This document shows positions 1 to 9,333 of a DNA stretch of 64,000 bases, piece after piece. The translations under genes and the position numbers were made by a program. Under the pieces are notes generated by a model. That model ran no database searches. It was not told where the DNA came from and worked only from the letters and a program-made list of their open reading frames with translations. The stretch is from Verrucomicrobiota bacterium (GTDB taxonomy: Bacteria; Verrucomicrobiota; Lentisphaeria; JABSQK01; JAJFLO01): contig JAJFLQ010000070.1 of NCBI GenBank assembly GCA_021772615.1, positions 29,145-93,144 of the forward strand. Reading direction: 5' to 3'. Each line of letters opens with the position of its first letter. Positions within the stretch are counted from its first letter, which is position 1.

Positions 1-825
1 GATGAATTTACCTACCGAATTTCTGACGGCGCAGATACGTCTCTCGCGGCGACTGTCAATGTAATTGTCGATGATGTTGTTTTCATCCGCAACCACGAGT
101 CTCAGGTTGTAAACGACGACGGGCTAGATGTGGAGGTAACAGTATCATACGCTGTAGGCTTCAGCGGTGGGCCGATCACTCTGGAAGAAGTGCTGCCGCC
201 GATTGACGATGCAACCGCCTCATATACAGTTCCCTCTGGATCAGGTACGGACGGGTTCGATATCAGTGGTGAACAGCCGGAAACCGCTACGGAGTCTGGT
301 AACGTAATCAAATTCGTGTGGGGCGATTCTCAGGCGCTTCCGACCGCCAACCCGTTCACCTTTAATTATACGATCATCAACGCAGAGAACGCAGACGATG
401 TGATTGAGAAGCAGATCGTCGGCAGTATTAAGCACGGTATGAATACCGACGGCCCAAGCCTTGTTACTCGTTTTACCCCTGGAGCTTCAAGTTTCCATCC
501 TGCTGATTCCGATGAAAACGGTAGGATAAGCGCAATTGAATACTTGCTCTACGCCGGGCCGGCTGCTGATGCATTCCAAAAAGGCGCTAGCGGTCAATAT
601 TGCTTTGACGGCACGACGCTTCTTCCCGATGCCACCGGTTCCAGCTGTTCCGGACAACAGGTCACGCATCCCGCAGATACAAATGGCAATGCCAGAATCA
701 CTGCCATCGAATATCTCATTTTTGCAGGTCCCGCGGCTGACGTTTTCCAAAAAGGCGCTTCGGGTGCATACTGCTGGGACGGGATGACGCTCACGCCGGA
801 TACGGGCGGGGGCTGCGGAAACTGA
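1..825 (+). CDS. 3' end of a large secreted cadherin-like repeat protein, 5'-truncated by the window edge. It ends with two ~55-aa Ca-loop/Cys repeats.
   Basis: Frame 1 is open from nt 1 to the stop at 823-825; the ORF track shows only the part from the internal Met at 130. It begins DEFTYRISDGADTSLAATVNVIVDD, the end of a VNDAP-type repeat. C-terminal tandem repeat: HPADSDENGRISAIEYLLYAGPAADAFQKGASGQYCFDG / HPADTNGNARITAIEYLIFAGPAADVFQKGASGAYCWDG. Confidence 0.7.
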   Translation, partial: DEFTYRISDGADTSLAATVNVIVDDVVFIRNHESQVVNDDGLDVEVTVSYAVGFSGGPITLEEVLPPIDDATASYTVPSGSGTDGFDISGEQPETATESGNVIKFVWGDSQALPTANPFTFNYTIINAENADDVIEKQIVGSIKHGMNTDGPSLVTRFTPGASSFHPADSDENGRISAIEYLLYAGPAADAFQKGASGQYCFDGTTLLPDATGSSCSGQQVTHPADTNGNARITAIEYLIFAGPAADVFQKGASGAYCWDGMTLTPDTGGGCGN

Positions 826-916
826 ATTAGGCGCCGACGATACCCGACGTGCCAATCAGAGCCGCCAGATAATTCTGGGCAGCTCTTAAACCTAACTGAA
901 TCAGGAGACTGAAATC

Positions 917-3900
917 ATGACGATAGTTGCGAACAAAAAAGTTGTTTTTCTTTCCGTCCTTTCGACGATGTTGCTCCCCGGCCTACTTTTTGGTCAGATG
1001 TTCGACGGCACCCGAAGCGTAAGAGACGCATCGTCAGGGGATGTCGTAACCTGTTATACGTCAGGAAGTAATGTTGAGGTTACCATCGAAATTTCTGCTG
1101 CCACGGGTGATTCCAGTAATTTTGGATCATGGACGGTGGATGATGGCGTGCCGGACGGATGGTCGTTTGTAAGCGCGACCGATAACGGTCAATTTGATGC
1201 TGTCGGTGATCGTGTTAGCTGGACGGCTACCGGCAATCCGCCCAACGAACTCAGATACGTCCTTACTCCTGCGTCGACGGGTACCGCTGTTTTTTCCGTG
1301 AACGATATCGCAGGATTCAGCGGAGGCCTCATCGAGGGCACCATGGTCGACACAACCGTAGTTGAATGTGCCGATGCCGATTTGACGGCCAGCCTCGATA
1401 ACCCCGCCAACTCCGAACTGAACGTCGCCCAGAACACGCTGTCGCGCATGGTCAGTAACGGCAGCAACAGCGGTGATTTTACCGCGACGTTTAACGCGAT
1501 CGGTGCGCCTGGAAAGCCTGAGTTGGATCTGCTGTTTTTTCGTGTTGTAAAGGCGCAGGCCGGCGGACCACCATGGAATGTCAGCGACCCGATCGACGAG
1601 AGCAACAGTCCGACGTTCACTATGAGCAACGACGGCTGGCTACAGGTTGACGGCGAGCAGACAACAAGTACCAAGATAAATACCGCCAACAATTTTATGC
1701 ACACATTTAATATCGCGCTGGCTAATGCCGACTCCGACAGTCCGTCCGCGACAATCTCATGGGTCATCCCGACCGGGTTCATCGAATCAACGGTGGCCGA
1801 CGGAGAGGTGTACATCATGCAGATGCGGATCGTTGCATCAGGTGCCTTCGACACCAGCGGTCAATCCCTGGAACGTTTGTTGGGCGTGAATCAGCAAATG
1901 CCAGAAATCTTTCCAGTTGATCCTGCCGACGGCGGACTCGGGCCCGCGGTTGCATACTCGCAGGCAGGGACACACCAGGGCACGACCGGGCTCGCACGCC
2001 ATCCGGAAACCGGCTTGCTTTATGCCATTTTCCGGCCACAGGACCGGAATGCCACGCGTGTTCTGGGGCTCGTCAATCCCAATTCCGGTGAAATCGATAC
2101 CGTCGGCGATACCGGGCAGTCTATCGCGGATATCGCCTTTGGAGCCGATGGAACATTGTACGGCATCAGCGGCACGCGAGGACAAGGAGTATTCAGTGTT
2201 GCATCAGTATCAGCGGGTGACGTAAGTGAGCTTGACGGTGGCGATGTGCCGACCGTAGTTGAAACCGCTTTTTCAACCAATAGTCTTGCACTCAGTGGTA
2301 GCGAAACGGTCACGGTCCTGTTCGCTGGCGATGAATGGTTGATCGAGGACAATGACAGAGCCTTTGATTTGTCAATAGATTCCAGCACTCCCAACACTAT
2401 ACACGTATCGGAGGGCTCGAACACACTTTATTCAATCAGTCTCAATGACGGTAGCGTCACGGCATTGGTACGCATCGATGATTCCCCCGACGCCGCCGGA
2501 AAGGCTCTTGCATTCAATGACTCGGATGGCCTTCTTTATCATGCCTTCGGCTTCGATGCATCAGGATTTCAGGGGACGGGCATAGGCACGGGCTGCGGGT
2601 CGGGCGTTGGGTCTGGAAACAATCTCGACAATCGCAAATTCAAGAGTATCGATATCAGTGTGGATCCGCCAACGGTAACTGATATCAGTATTTCCGGTGA
2701 TGATTTCGATGAGCCGTTGGCTATGGCTTACGATACCGCCAACAACGATTTTATCCTTTCCGCAACCAACGAGAATTTGGAATTGACTTTTGTGTTTTCT
2801 GACACGCCGAACACGGCGACACCTTGTGCGACTTCAGTACAGCGTGCCGCGTGGTCCGGTGAGTCCGATGGTTTTGTCTCGGGAGCTAGTGTGATTACGG
2901 CGGGTGAAGTGACAGGGAACGCGGTGCGTTTGCAGGCCGATGTTCCAAATGTTTCCGGCGACCCACAGTTCATCGGAATACTTGAGTTTCCGGGTAAAGC
3001 GCCGGATGGCGGTCCCGCTTCTGGCGACAGCGACCTGAACGGAGGCAGTATTGGCGGCACGCTGATCGGTGGATCGATTTCTGTCGATGTCCGTCTTAGC
3101 TCGGTTAGGCCTGTGATCGTCCGCATATTGATCGGTAATGGCGAGGGCGACTTCTTCAAGGATTTCGAGGTTGACTCGACATCGTTTTCAACACTTTCGA
3201 TGAGCAACATACAGGCGAGTGACTTTACCGCGGAAGAGTCGGGTGCGGTGTTTAGCGGCGGAGTCTTTTCGTTTTCACTCGACATCCTTGCCGATGACGG
3301 ATTTGCGGCCGATAGCAATTTCTTCATTGATGTCGCCGATATCACGGTTGTGACAACTGGTGACGGCGGCGGAACACGGCAGGAAATTTTCAACGGTATC
3401 GCCGTTGGCGACGCGCTCGCCTTCGATGTGTTGGCAAGTGAGACCGCGCTCTTCAGGTTGTCTGCTTCTGGAGAGGCGACAATAATCACTGACGAACTTG
3501 ACAAGAAAGTCAAGGGGCTCGCGTTTTCGACGCAGTGGGAGGAAACCGTGTCATGGGCATTTAACGTGAATCCGTTTCAGCCTGTCGTTGCGAACGACGA
3601 CAACGATTCTGTCGACGCAGCCTTCTCCGTTGTCGAGGACTCAACAAACAATGTCCTGCCAATTCTGGCAAACGACCAAAATGGCGACGAAAACATCGAC
3701 CCGACGTCGATCGCGATCATTTCACAGCCGCGCTCGGACAGTACGCTGTCGATCGACGGCGGCGGCACGGTGCGATACTCGCCGGCACCGGATTTCTTTG
3801 GTACCGACACATTTACGTACACGGTAAACGATGCCGGTAGTCCGCCCGTTGCGTCAAACGAGGCCACGGTCATGATAACCGTCACGAACGTCAACGACGA

Positions 3901-6900
3901 TCCGATCGCATCCAACGACGATTTTGGGGATGGTGCTGACTCGGACGAGGATAGTGCTGTGACATTCAACGTGCTGACAAACGATTTTGATGTCGACGGC
4001 GATACGATTATTGTCATCGCTGTCGATGATAGCAGTGCCAGCGGCAGCGCAACATTCAATGCCAACGGTAACGTTACCTACAACCCGGATGACCTATTCG
4101 AATCGCTTGACGACGGCGAAAGCGACACCGACGTACTCACGTACACTATTAGCGACCAGGCCGGCGGCACGGCAATGGCGACAATCACAGTGACGATCAA
4201 TGGCGTCAATGACGCACCGGTAGCCGACGACGAAACCGCGTCGACAGACGAAGAAAGTGTCGTGACCACACCGGATGTCCTGGATGGCGACACAGACATC
4301 GAGGGCGATACGTTATCGATTGACAGCTTTGACAGTGTGAGCGCGGGCGGCGCCGCCGTGGCGCAAAACGGCAATGCATTCGATTACGATCCCAACGGTC
4401 AATTCGAGAGTCTCGCGCAGGGCGGTTCGACGCAGGACACCTTTAATTATCTGGTTAGCGACGGAGATCTCACCGACGAAGGACAGGTTACCGTCACCGT
4501 GTCGGGCGTCAATGATGCACCGACTGCGGTTGACCGCACGATTACTGTAACCACGGCCACCAGCACCGGCTCCCCCACAATTTTTGATCTTGAGGGTGAT
4601 GACGTTGATGACGGGCATGTCTTGACGATCGAGCAACTGTCGACACTAGTCCGTGTTGGCGGCAATGACGCATCGACAGCGACCACGCTGGACGCCACGC
4701 TTACCGGCCTCAGTGAGGTGCCGACACCGGTAGATACCGCTGCCACCGGGTCGGCGGCATTTAGCAACTGGAATCGCGCAAGCGATACGATTGATTTATC
4801 CGTGACGTTTTCAAATCTCTCCAGTCCGGTCGTTGGTGCGCACATACATGGCGCGGCAGGACCGACGGAAACCGCAAGTGTCGTGTTGAATCTGTTGGTG
4901 GACTCGCCGGCGCTTACCAATGCAGCTACCGATGTAACGTTGTCCACGAGTACCGGTGGCGCCATCACCGCTACGTGGGATTACAGCGGTTGCGACACGT
5001 CCGCATGCAATGGACTGGATGCTTCCGGAATCGAGGCGGCACTCGCGAGCGGTCAACTCTATGTCAACATCCATTCGCAGAATCATGCAGGCGGCGAGAT
5101 ACGCGGCCAGATTGGCCTGCCGTTGCGCGGCGGTGAGAGTTTTACCTTCAATGACGGCTCTGGCGTCGAGATGGAGCCGGGCGACCGTACTGCGGACGGC
5201 GCTGTGGATGGCGACGTCTACCAGTTCAGTTATCGCGTGGTCGATGAACATGATGCAGACTCGGGACAGCAACTGGTGACGATGAATGCAGTGGACAATC
5301 GCGTCCCGAACGCAGTTATCGACAATTTGACGTCGACGGATGAGGACACGGCTGTAGTGACCGAGAATGTACTGAGCAACGACTCGGACGACGACGGCGA
5401 CGACTTTACTATCGTTTCTCCGGTTGCGGATATCACCCTTGCCAGTGCGGGCGGCGGTATCGTTGTCCTCAACACCTCACCGGCGAATACGTTTACCTAT
5501 GATCCCAACGGACAATTCGAATTTCTCGCAGTCGGTGAGACGACGACGGACTCATTCACATATACCATCCGTGACGACAACAACGGTGAGGCGACAGGCA
5601 CGGTCGAGATTACGATCAACGGTGTGAATGACGATCCGATAGCCGCCGATGACGATTCCACCGACGGCGCCGAGAGCGATGAGGAAAACGAGGTGCTAAT
5701 CGATGTTCTTGCGAACGACAACGATCCGGATACATCGGACAATCCCAACTTAACCGTCACAGCGCTTGAAATTGCCGGACTTAAAGGCGATATCACGATC
5801 AGTAATAACGGTGACGACGTTACCTACAATCCCAATGGCCAGTTCGAATCGCTTGACGTCGGTGAGACGGACACCGACACCTTTGGCTACACGGTTTCCG
5901 ACGGCAATGGCGGCAGTGATACCGCGACCGTGACGGTCACGATAAATGGTGTGAACGATCTGCCGATAGCAGTAGATGATACCGACAGCACGGACGAAGA
6001 TACGCTGGTGTCGGTCAGCGTTCTTGGCAATGACGACGATCCCGATGACAGCGACCGGAATATCCTTGTGATTACGGCATTCGATTCAACCGGATCAACC
6101 GCCGGCATATCGATCAACGGAAGTGCGATTGATTACGATCCTTCAGGCCGTTTTGATGACCTGGATATCGGCGAGTCCGAAACGGTATCGTTCACTTATA
6201 CAATATCCGACGACAGCAACGCTGAGGCGACTGCTTCCGTCACGGTAACGATAAACGGTGTCAATGACGCCCCGACAGCTGTAGACGACGACGAATCGAC
6301 GACGGGAGATGCTGTGACCGACGAAGATACGGCGACCACGATTGATGTGCTGGAGAATGATCTTGATCCTGACGACCAGGGCATCCTCACGGCGTCGTTG
6401 CTCAGCGACGCGGGAATCAGCGGCGGTACGCTTACGGATAACGGAAACGGAACGTTCACGTTTGACCCGGCCGGTGACTTCGAGACGCTGGACGTGGACG
6501 AGTCGGACAGTGTCACCTTCACCTACACGGCTTCGGATGATAACGGCGCCACATCTACGGCGACCGTGACGATTACCATTGACGGCGTCAGCGACGCACC
6601 GGTTGCGTCAGCGTTCAATCTAAGTGTGAAGGCAAACAACTCCGACACCAATCCGAAAAACACAGTCGATGCCCCGTTATTCGCAACAGATATTGATGCC
6701 AGCGACACGGTTGACAGCGGCACCATTGTTTTCCGTGTCACGCGCCTGCCCGAGGATAAAGACGGCGGCAGCGCCGGTGATCTGCGTAAGCAGGGCGGCG
6801 GTTCCGTTGCGGAAGATGAGTCCATTACCGTTGTCGACCTGCCGTTGATCTTCGAGCCAGCCGCCGGGGCCCGTGGATTGATTACGTTCGATTATCTGGC

Positions 6901-9217
6901 TGAAGACGACAGTGGATTGCAATCCGCCGAGGTAACAATCAATATCACTGTGGGCGCGCCGCCGTGGTTTCCCTTTGTCACGCTGCCTGCAAGCGATACA
7001 ACGTTGGACAGCGAATTCTTTAATGTTCAGGTATACCAGGGAATTTCGGCGACACTGGATGCAAGCCTGGTGGTGTTGCCTGACGACGCCACTCCGCCGA
7101 GCGGCAGTGGAAGCACCGCGAGTGGCGATGTGTTTCTGATCGTTCGGGATACCGGCGATGACGGCGTATTTATCGACTTCGGCCTCGACGTCGACGGAAT
7201 CGATTACGGAGACCTCGATAATACGCATGGTGGAAACGGTACGGCGATTCATGTGCATAATGGCGGACCGTCGGAGCGTGGCCCGATCATCATTGACCTT
7301 CAGTGGTTCGGCGACAATCACGGGACGGTTTCGACCGGTACGGACAGCTTTTCGATTGATGTGCGGAATGCGGAGCTGACGCAGGTGCAGGGCAGTCATG
7401 ACACCGGGCTGACTCCCGCAGAAATTGTGGATCTGCTGAACACGAACAATACCTATGTCACCGTGCACGACGACGACTTCCCCACCGGGGCGTTACGGGC
7501 GAATCTGTGGGTGGATACTTTCTCAGGTCAATCTGTCGTGCTCGACGGTCCGACGGTCGTCGTTCCCAGCGATACGGATCCGCCATCCGGAAGCGGAAGT
7601 ACAGCGACGGGGGAGACCTCGCTATTGGTATATGACAATGGTGGAGGCGATATACGGTTCGACTTTGATCTGGCTGTCGACGGTATCGCATTCAATACAT
7701 TGGACATCACCGGCAACGGCGGTGTAGGCCATGGTGGAAACGGAACCGCGGTGCACATCCATCAAGGCGGTCCGACGGACCGCGGCGGTATCATTATCGA
7801 TGTCGAGTATTTCGCGACGGAAACGGTTTTCGGGTCGGTGACGGAAACCGATACCGGATTTGAATTCAGTGTAAAGGGCGCACCCGTCGATAGCGTACAG
7901 GGCGCACACAATACCGGGTTGACGCCGATTCGAATCCTGGATCTCGTTCGTCAGGGCCACAGTTATATCACCGTGCATGATTTGGATTTTCCGACGGGTG
8001 CGATTCGTGCGAATTTCGCAGCCGCTGTGAATTCGACCGGCGCGATCGAGGCGCCTGTTTTCGAAACGATCACGGATGAAACCGAAATCGCCGCCGAAAC
8101 GTACTTCCTCGCAGGTTTCACCGGCTTTCTGCCGAATGATTATCTCTTGTTTGCGCGTCCGGTGGATCTGGCATTGGGAATTAATAATCCTGCGGCATTT
8201 GGTGACTTCCTCAATGAGGTAGTGGACATCGAAGTAAACAGCTACGGCCGGGCCCGTGTCGGGGAATTTCCCGGGTCTGACATCGTTGATCAGGGTAACG
8301 GCGACGGTAGTTACGATTTATTTTTCAACGTCGAGAACGCACGTGGATTCGAAGTCATGGCGTCTGGAACGATAACGAATTTCGAGACAAGTCTGCGCAA
8401 GGTTTTTTCACCAGACGACAACGGCGATATCCCTCAAACACAGGAACAGGACGAACCCGAAACGATCGTGGTAACCGGAACGGATATGTTTGATGTGACG
8501 ATTTCTGCCTTCAATCCGATCGATGAACTGGTCCTGGGATTGCATCCTGTTGACTTCCCAGATTCCCCAATCGATCAGATGCAAAGCGCTAATCCTCCGG
8601 CGGTGACCCCGGGTAACCCCGGTGGGCTGCGGCCGCGTCGCGGCGATGTTATACAGGCGCCGCAGGGAACTGTGCCGGTAAACTTCAGTTGGAACCCAGT
8701 GGCCGGTGCGACGACGTACCGCGTGATCCTGTTTAACCTCGGAACCGGTAAGTTTATCATGAACATGACCGAATTCAGCAGCCTTGTCGCGCCGCCTGTA
8801 ACGCGGACGCTGGCGCCCGGCAAGTACAGCTGGTCGGTGCAGGCTGTCAATGCCGGAGGCGGTTCAACGTTGGCCAGCGCATGGACGAAACAACAGCAGT
8901 TTACAGTTATCGAAACATTATCGGTCCCAGTCATTGTCAACGTTGCCATTACATCGGCGCAACAACTTCAGCTTACGTTCGCGTCAGGGGGGCCGGGCAG
9001 TACTGGACAGCCCCCCGTGACTGTGGTAAACGCATTCTGGATCGATGCATCTAACATTGGATTAGGCTGGCAGCCATTAGATGGCTCTGATGTCGGCGGC
9101 GGCGTTTGGGACTTCGGCAATTCCGCAGATTTCGCAGCAGGAGATCTGGTAGAGATTCAGGGGCAGATTACGAATACCACTGGGATTGGTGAATTCTTTA
9201 AGTTCGATCTGGAGTAA
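917..9217 (+). CDS. Giant secreted adhesin-like protein (2766 aa): signal peptide, beta-propeller-like LY-repeat region, ~10 cadherin-like/VCBS-type repeats, three CHRD domains, Fn3-like domain, C-terminal GW/W.WD/DLE module.
   Basis: Single long ORF. N-terminal MTIVANKKVVFLSVLSTMLLPGLLFG signal. Repeated ...FTYTVSDGNGGSDTATVTVTINGVNDAP... units. CHRD signatures (LTGLSEVPTPVDTAATGSAAF ... GAHIHGAAGPTE ... YVNIHSQNHAGGEIRGQI). SWNPVAGATTYRV Fn3-like motif. Confidence 0.85.
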   Translation: MTIVANKKVVFLSVLSTMLLPGLLFGQMFDGTRSVRDASSGDVVTCYTSGSNVEVTIEISAATGDSSNFGSWTVDDGVPDGWSFVSATDNGQFDAVGDRVSWTATGNPPNELRYVLTPASTGTAVFSVNDIAGFSGGLIEGTMVDTTVVECADADLTASLDNPANSELNVAQNTLSRMVSNGSNSGDFTATFNAIGAPGKPELDLLFFRVVKAQAGGPPWNVSDPIDESNSPTFTMSNDGWLQVDGEQTTSTKINTANNFMHTFNIALANADSDSPSATISWVIPTGFIESTVADGEVYIMQMRIVASGAFDTSGQSLERLLGVNQQMPEIFPVDPADGGLGPAVAYSQAGTHQGTTGLARHPETGLLYAIFRPQDRNATRVLGLVNPNSGEIDTVGDTGQSIADIAFGADGTLYGISGTRGQGVFSVASVSAGDVSELDGGDVPTVVETAFSTNSLALSGSETVTVLFAGDEWLIEDNDRAFDLSIDSSTPNTIHVSEGSNTLYSISLNDGSVTALVRIDDSPDAAGKALAFNDSDGLLYHAFGFDASGFQGTGIGTGCGSGVGSGNNLDNRKFKSIDISVDPPTVTDISISGDDFDEPLAMAYDTANNDFILSATNENLELTFVFSDTPNTATPCATSVQRAAWSGESDGFVSGASVITAGEVTGNAVRLQADVPNVSGDPQFIGILEFPGKAPDGGPASGDSDLNGGSIGGTLIGGSISVDVRLSSVRPVIVRILIGNGEGDFFKDFEVDSTSFSTLSMSNIQASDFTAEESGAVFSGGVFSFSLDILADDGFAADSNFFIDVADITVVTTGDGGGTRQEIFNGIAVGDALAFDVLASETALFRLSASGEATIITDELDKKVKGLAFSTQWEETVSWAFNVNPFQPVVANDDNDSVDAAFSVVEDSTNNVLPILANDQNGDENIDPTSIAIISQPRSDSTLSIDGGGTVRYSPAPDFFGTDTFTYTVNDAGSPPVASNEATVMITVTNVNDDPIASNDDFGDGADSDEDSAVTFNVLTNDFDVDGDTIIVIAVDDSSASGSATFNANGNVTYNPDDLFESLDDGESDTDVLTYTISDQAGGTAMATITVTINGVNDAPVADDETASTDEESVVTTPDVLDGDTDIEGDTLSIDSFDSVSAGGAAVAQNGNAFDYDPNGQFESLAQGGSTQDTFNYLVSDGDLTDEGQVTVTVSGVNDAPTAVDRTITVTTATSTGSPTIFDLEGDDVDDGHVLTIEQLSTLVRVGGNDASTATTLDATLTGLSEVPTPVDTAATGSAAFSNWNRASDTIDLSVTFSNLSSPVVGAHIHGAAGPTETASVVLNLLVDSPALTNAATDVTLSTSTGGAITATWDYSGCDTSACNGLDASGIEAALASGQLYVNIHSQNHAGGEIRGQIGLPLRGGESFTFNDGSGVEMEPGDRTADGAVDGDVYQFSYRVVDEHDADSGQQLVTMNAVDNRVPNAVIDNLTSTDEDTAVVTENVLSNDSDDDGDDFTIVSPVADITLASAGGGIVVLNTSPANTFTYDPNGQFEFLAVGETTTDSFTYTIRDDNNGEATGTVEITINGVNDDPIAADDDSTDGAESDEENEVLIDVLANDNDPDTSDNPNLTVTALEIAGLKGDITISNNGDDVTYNPNGQFESLDVGETDTDTFGYTVSDGNGGSDTATVTVTINGVNDLPIAVDDTDSTDEDTLVSVSVLGNDDDPDDSDRNILVITAFDSTGSTAGISINGSAIDYDPSGRFDDLDIGESETVSFTYTISDDSNAEATASVTVTINGVNDAPTAVDDDESTTGDAVTDEDTATTIDVLENDLDPDDQGILTASLLSDAGISGGTLTDNGNGTFTFDPAGDFETLDVDESDSVTFTYTASDDNGATSTATVTITIDGVSDAPVASAFNLSVKANNSDTNPKNTVDAPLFATDIDASDTVDSGTIVFRVTRLPEDKDGGSAGDLRKQGGGSVAEDESITVVDLPLIFEPAAGARGLITFDYLAEDDSGLQSAEVTINITVGAPPWFPFVTLPASDTTLDSEFFNVQVYQGISATLDASLVVLPDDATPPSGSGSTASGDVFLIVRDTGDDGVFIDFGLDVDGIDYGDLDNTHGGNGTAIHVHNGGPSERGPIIIDLQWFGDNHGTVSTGTDSFSIDVRNAELTQVQGSHDTGLTPAEIVDLLNTNNTYVTVHDDDFPTGALRANLWVDTFSGQSVVLDGPTVVVPSDTDPPSGSGSTATGETSLLVYDNGGGDIRFDFDLAVDGIAFNTLDITGNGGVGHGGNGTAVHIHQGGPTDRGGIIIDVEYFATETVFGSVTETDTGFEFSVKGAPVDSVQGAHNTGLTPIRILDLVRQGHSYITVHDLDFPTGAIRANFAAAVNSTGAIEAPVFETITDETEIAAETYFLAGFTGFLPNDYLLFARPVDLALGINNPAAFGDFLNEVVDIEVNSYGRARVGEFPGSDIVDQGNGDGSYDLFFNVENARGFEVMASGTITNFETSLRKVFSPDDNGDIPQTQEQDEPETIVVTGTDMFDVTISAFNPIDELVLGLHPVDFPDSPIDQMQSANPPAVTPGNPGGLRPRRGDVIQAPQGTVPVNFSWNPVAGATTYRVILFNLGTGKFIMNMTEFSSLVAPPVTRTLAPGKYSWSVQAVNAGGGSTLASAWTKQQQFTVIETLSVPVIVNVAITSAQQLQLTFASGGPGSTGQPPVTVVNAFWIDASNIGLGWQPLDGSDVGGGVWDFGNSADFAAGDLVEIQGQITNTTGIGEFFKFDLE
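3557..4607 (+). repeat. Coding tandem repeats: cadherin-like/VCBS-type ~100-aa units (first block).
   Basis: Repeated VNDDP/VNDAP-terminated units with DxDGD and FTYTV motifs are visible in the translation. Confidence 0.6.
4690..5120 (+). other. CHRD domain 1 within the giant protein.
   Basis: LTGLSEVPTPVDTAATGSAAFSNW ... VGAHIHGAAGPTETASVV ... GQLYVNIHSQNHAGGEIRGQIG matches the CHRD consensus (EVPP ... AHIHxG ... YVNVHT ... GEIRGQI). Confidence 0.7.
5237..6722 (+). repeat. Coding tandem repeats: cadherin-like/VCBS-type ~100-aa units (second block, about 5 units).
   Basis: Units ending EITINGVNDDP, VTVTINGVNDLP, VTVTINGVNDAP, VTITIDGVSDAP. Confidence 0.6.
7070..8010 (+). other. CHRD domains 2 and 3 in tandem.
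   Basis: Two copies of the pattern ATPPSGSGSTASG / TDPPSGSGSTATG ... GNGTAIHVHNGGPSERGPIIID / GNGTAVHIHQGGPTDRGGIIID ... YVTVHDDDFPTGALRANL / YITVHDLDFPTGAIRANF. Confidence 0.6.
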
Positions 9218-9333
9218 CAGATCGGTGTTCATCTTGTCTGCGGTCCGATCATTCGGTTCGCTGACATCGCAACAGTCAGCATTGGACGTTTACATTGCGC
9301 AGTTACATCAAAATCATATTGAGGAGACAGTTG

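Noticed and set aside
2728-3513. 261-aa minus-strand ORF inside the giant adhesin gene. Similar ORFs at 6677..7468 and 13693..14403.
   Set aside because: These are antisense to clearly coding repeat domains. Ser/Thr/Arg-rich translations with no structure. High-GC artefacts.
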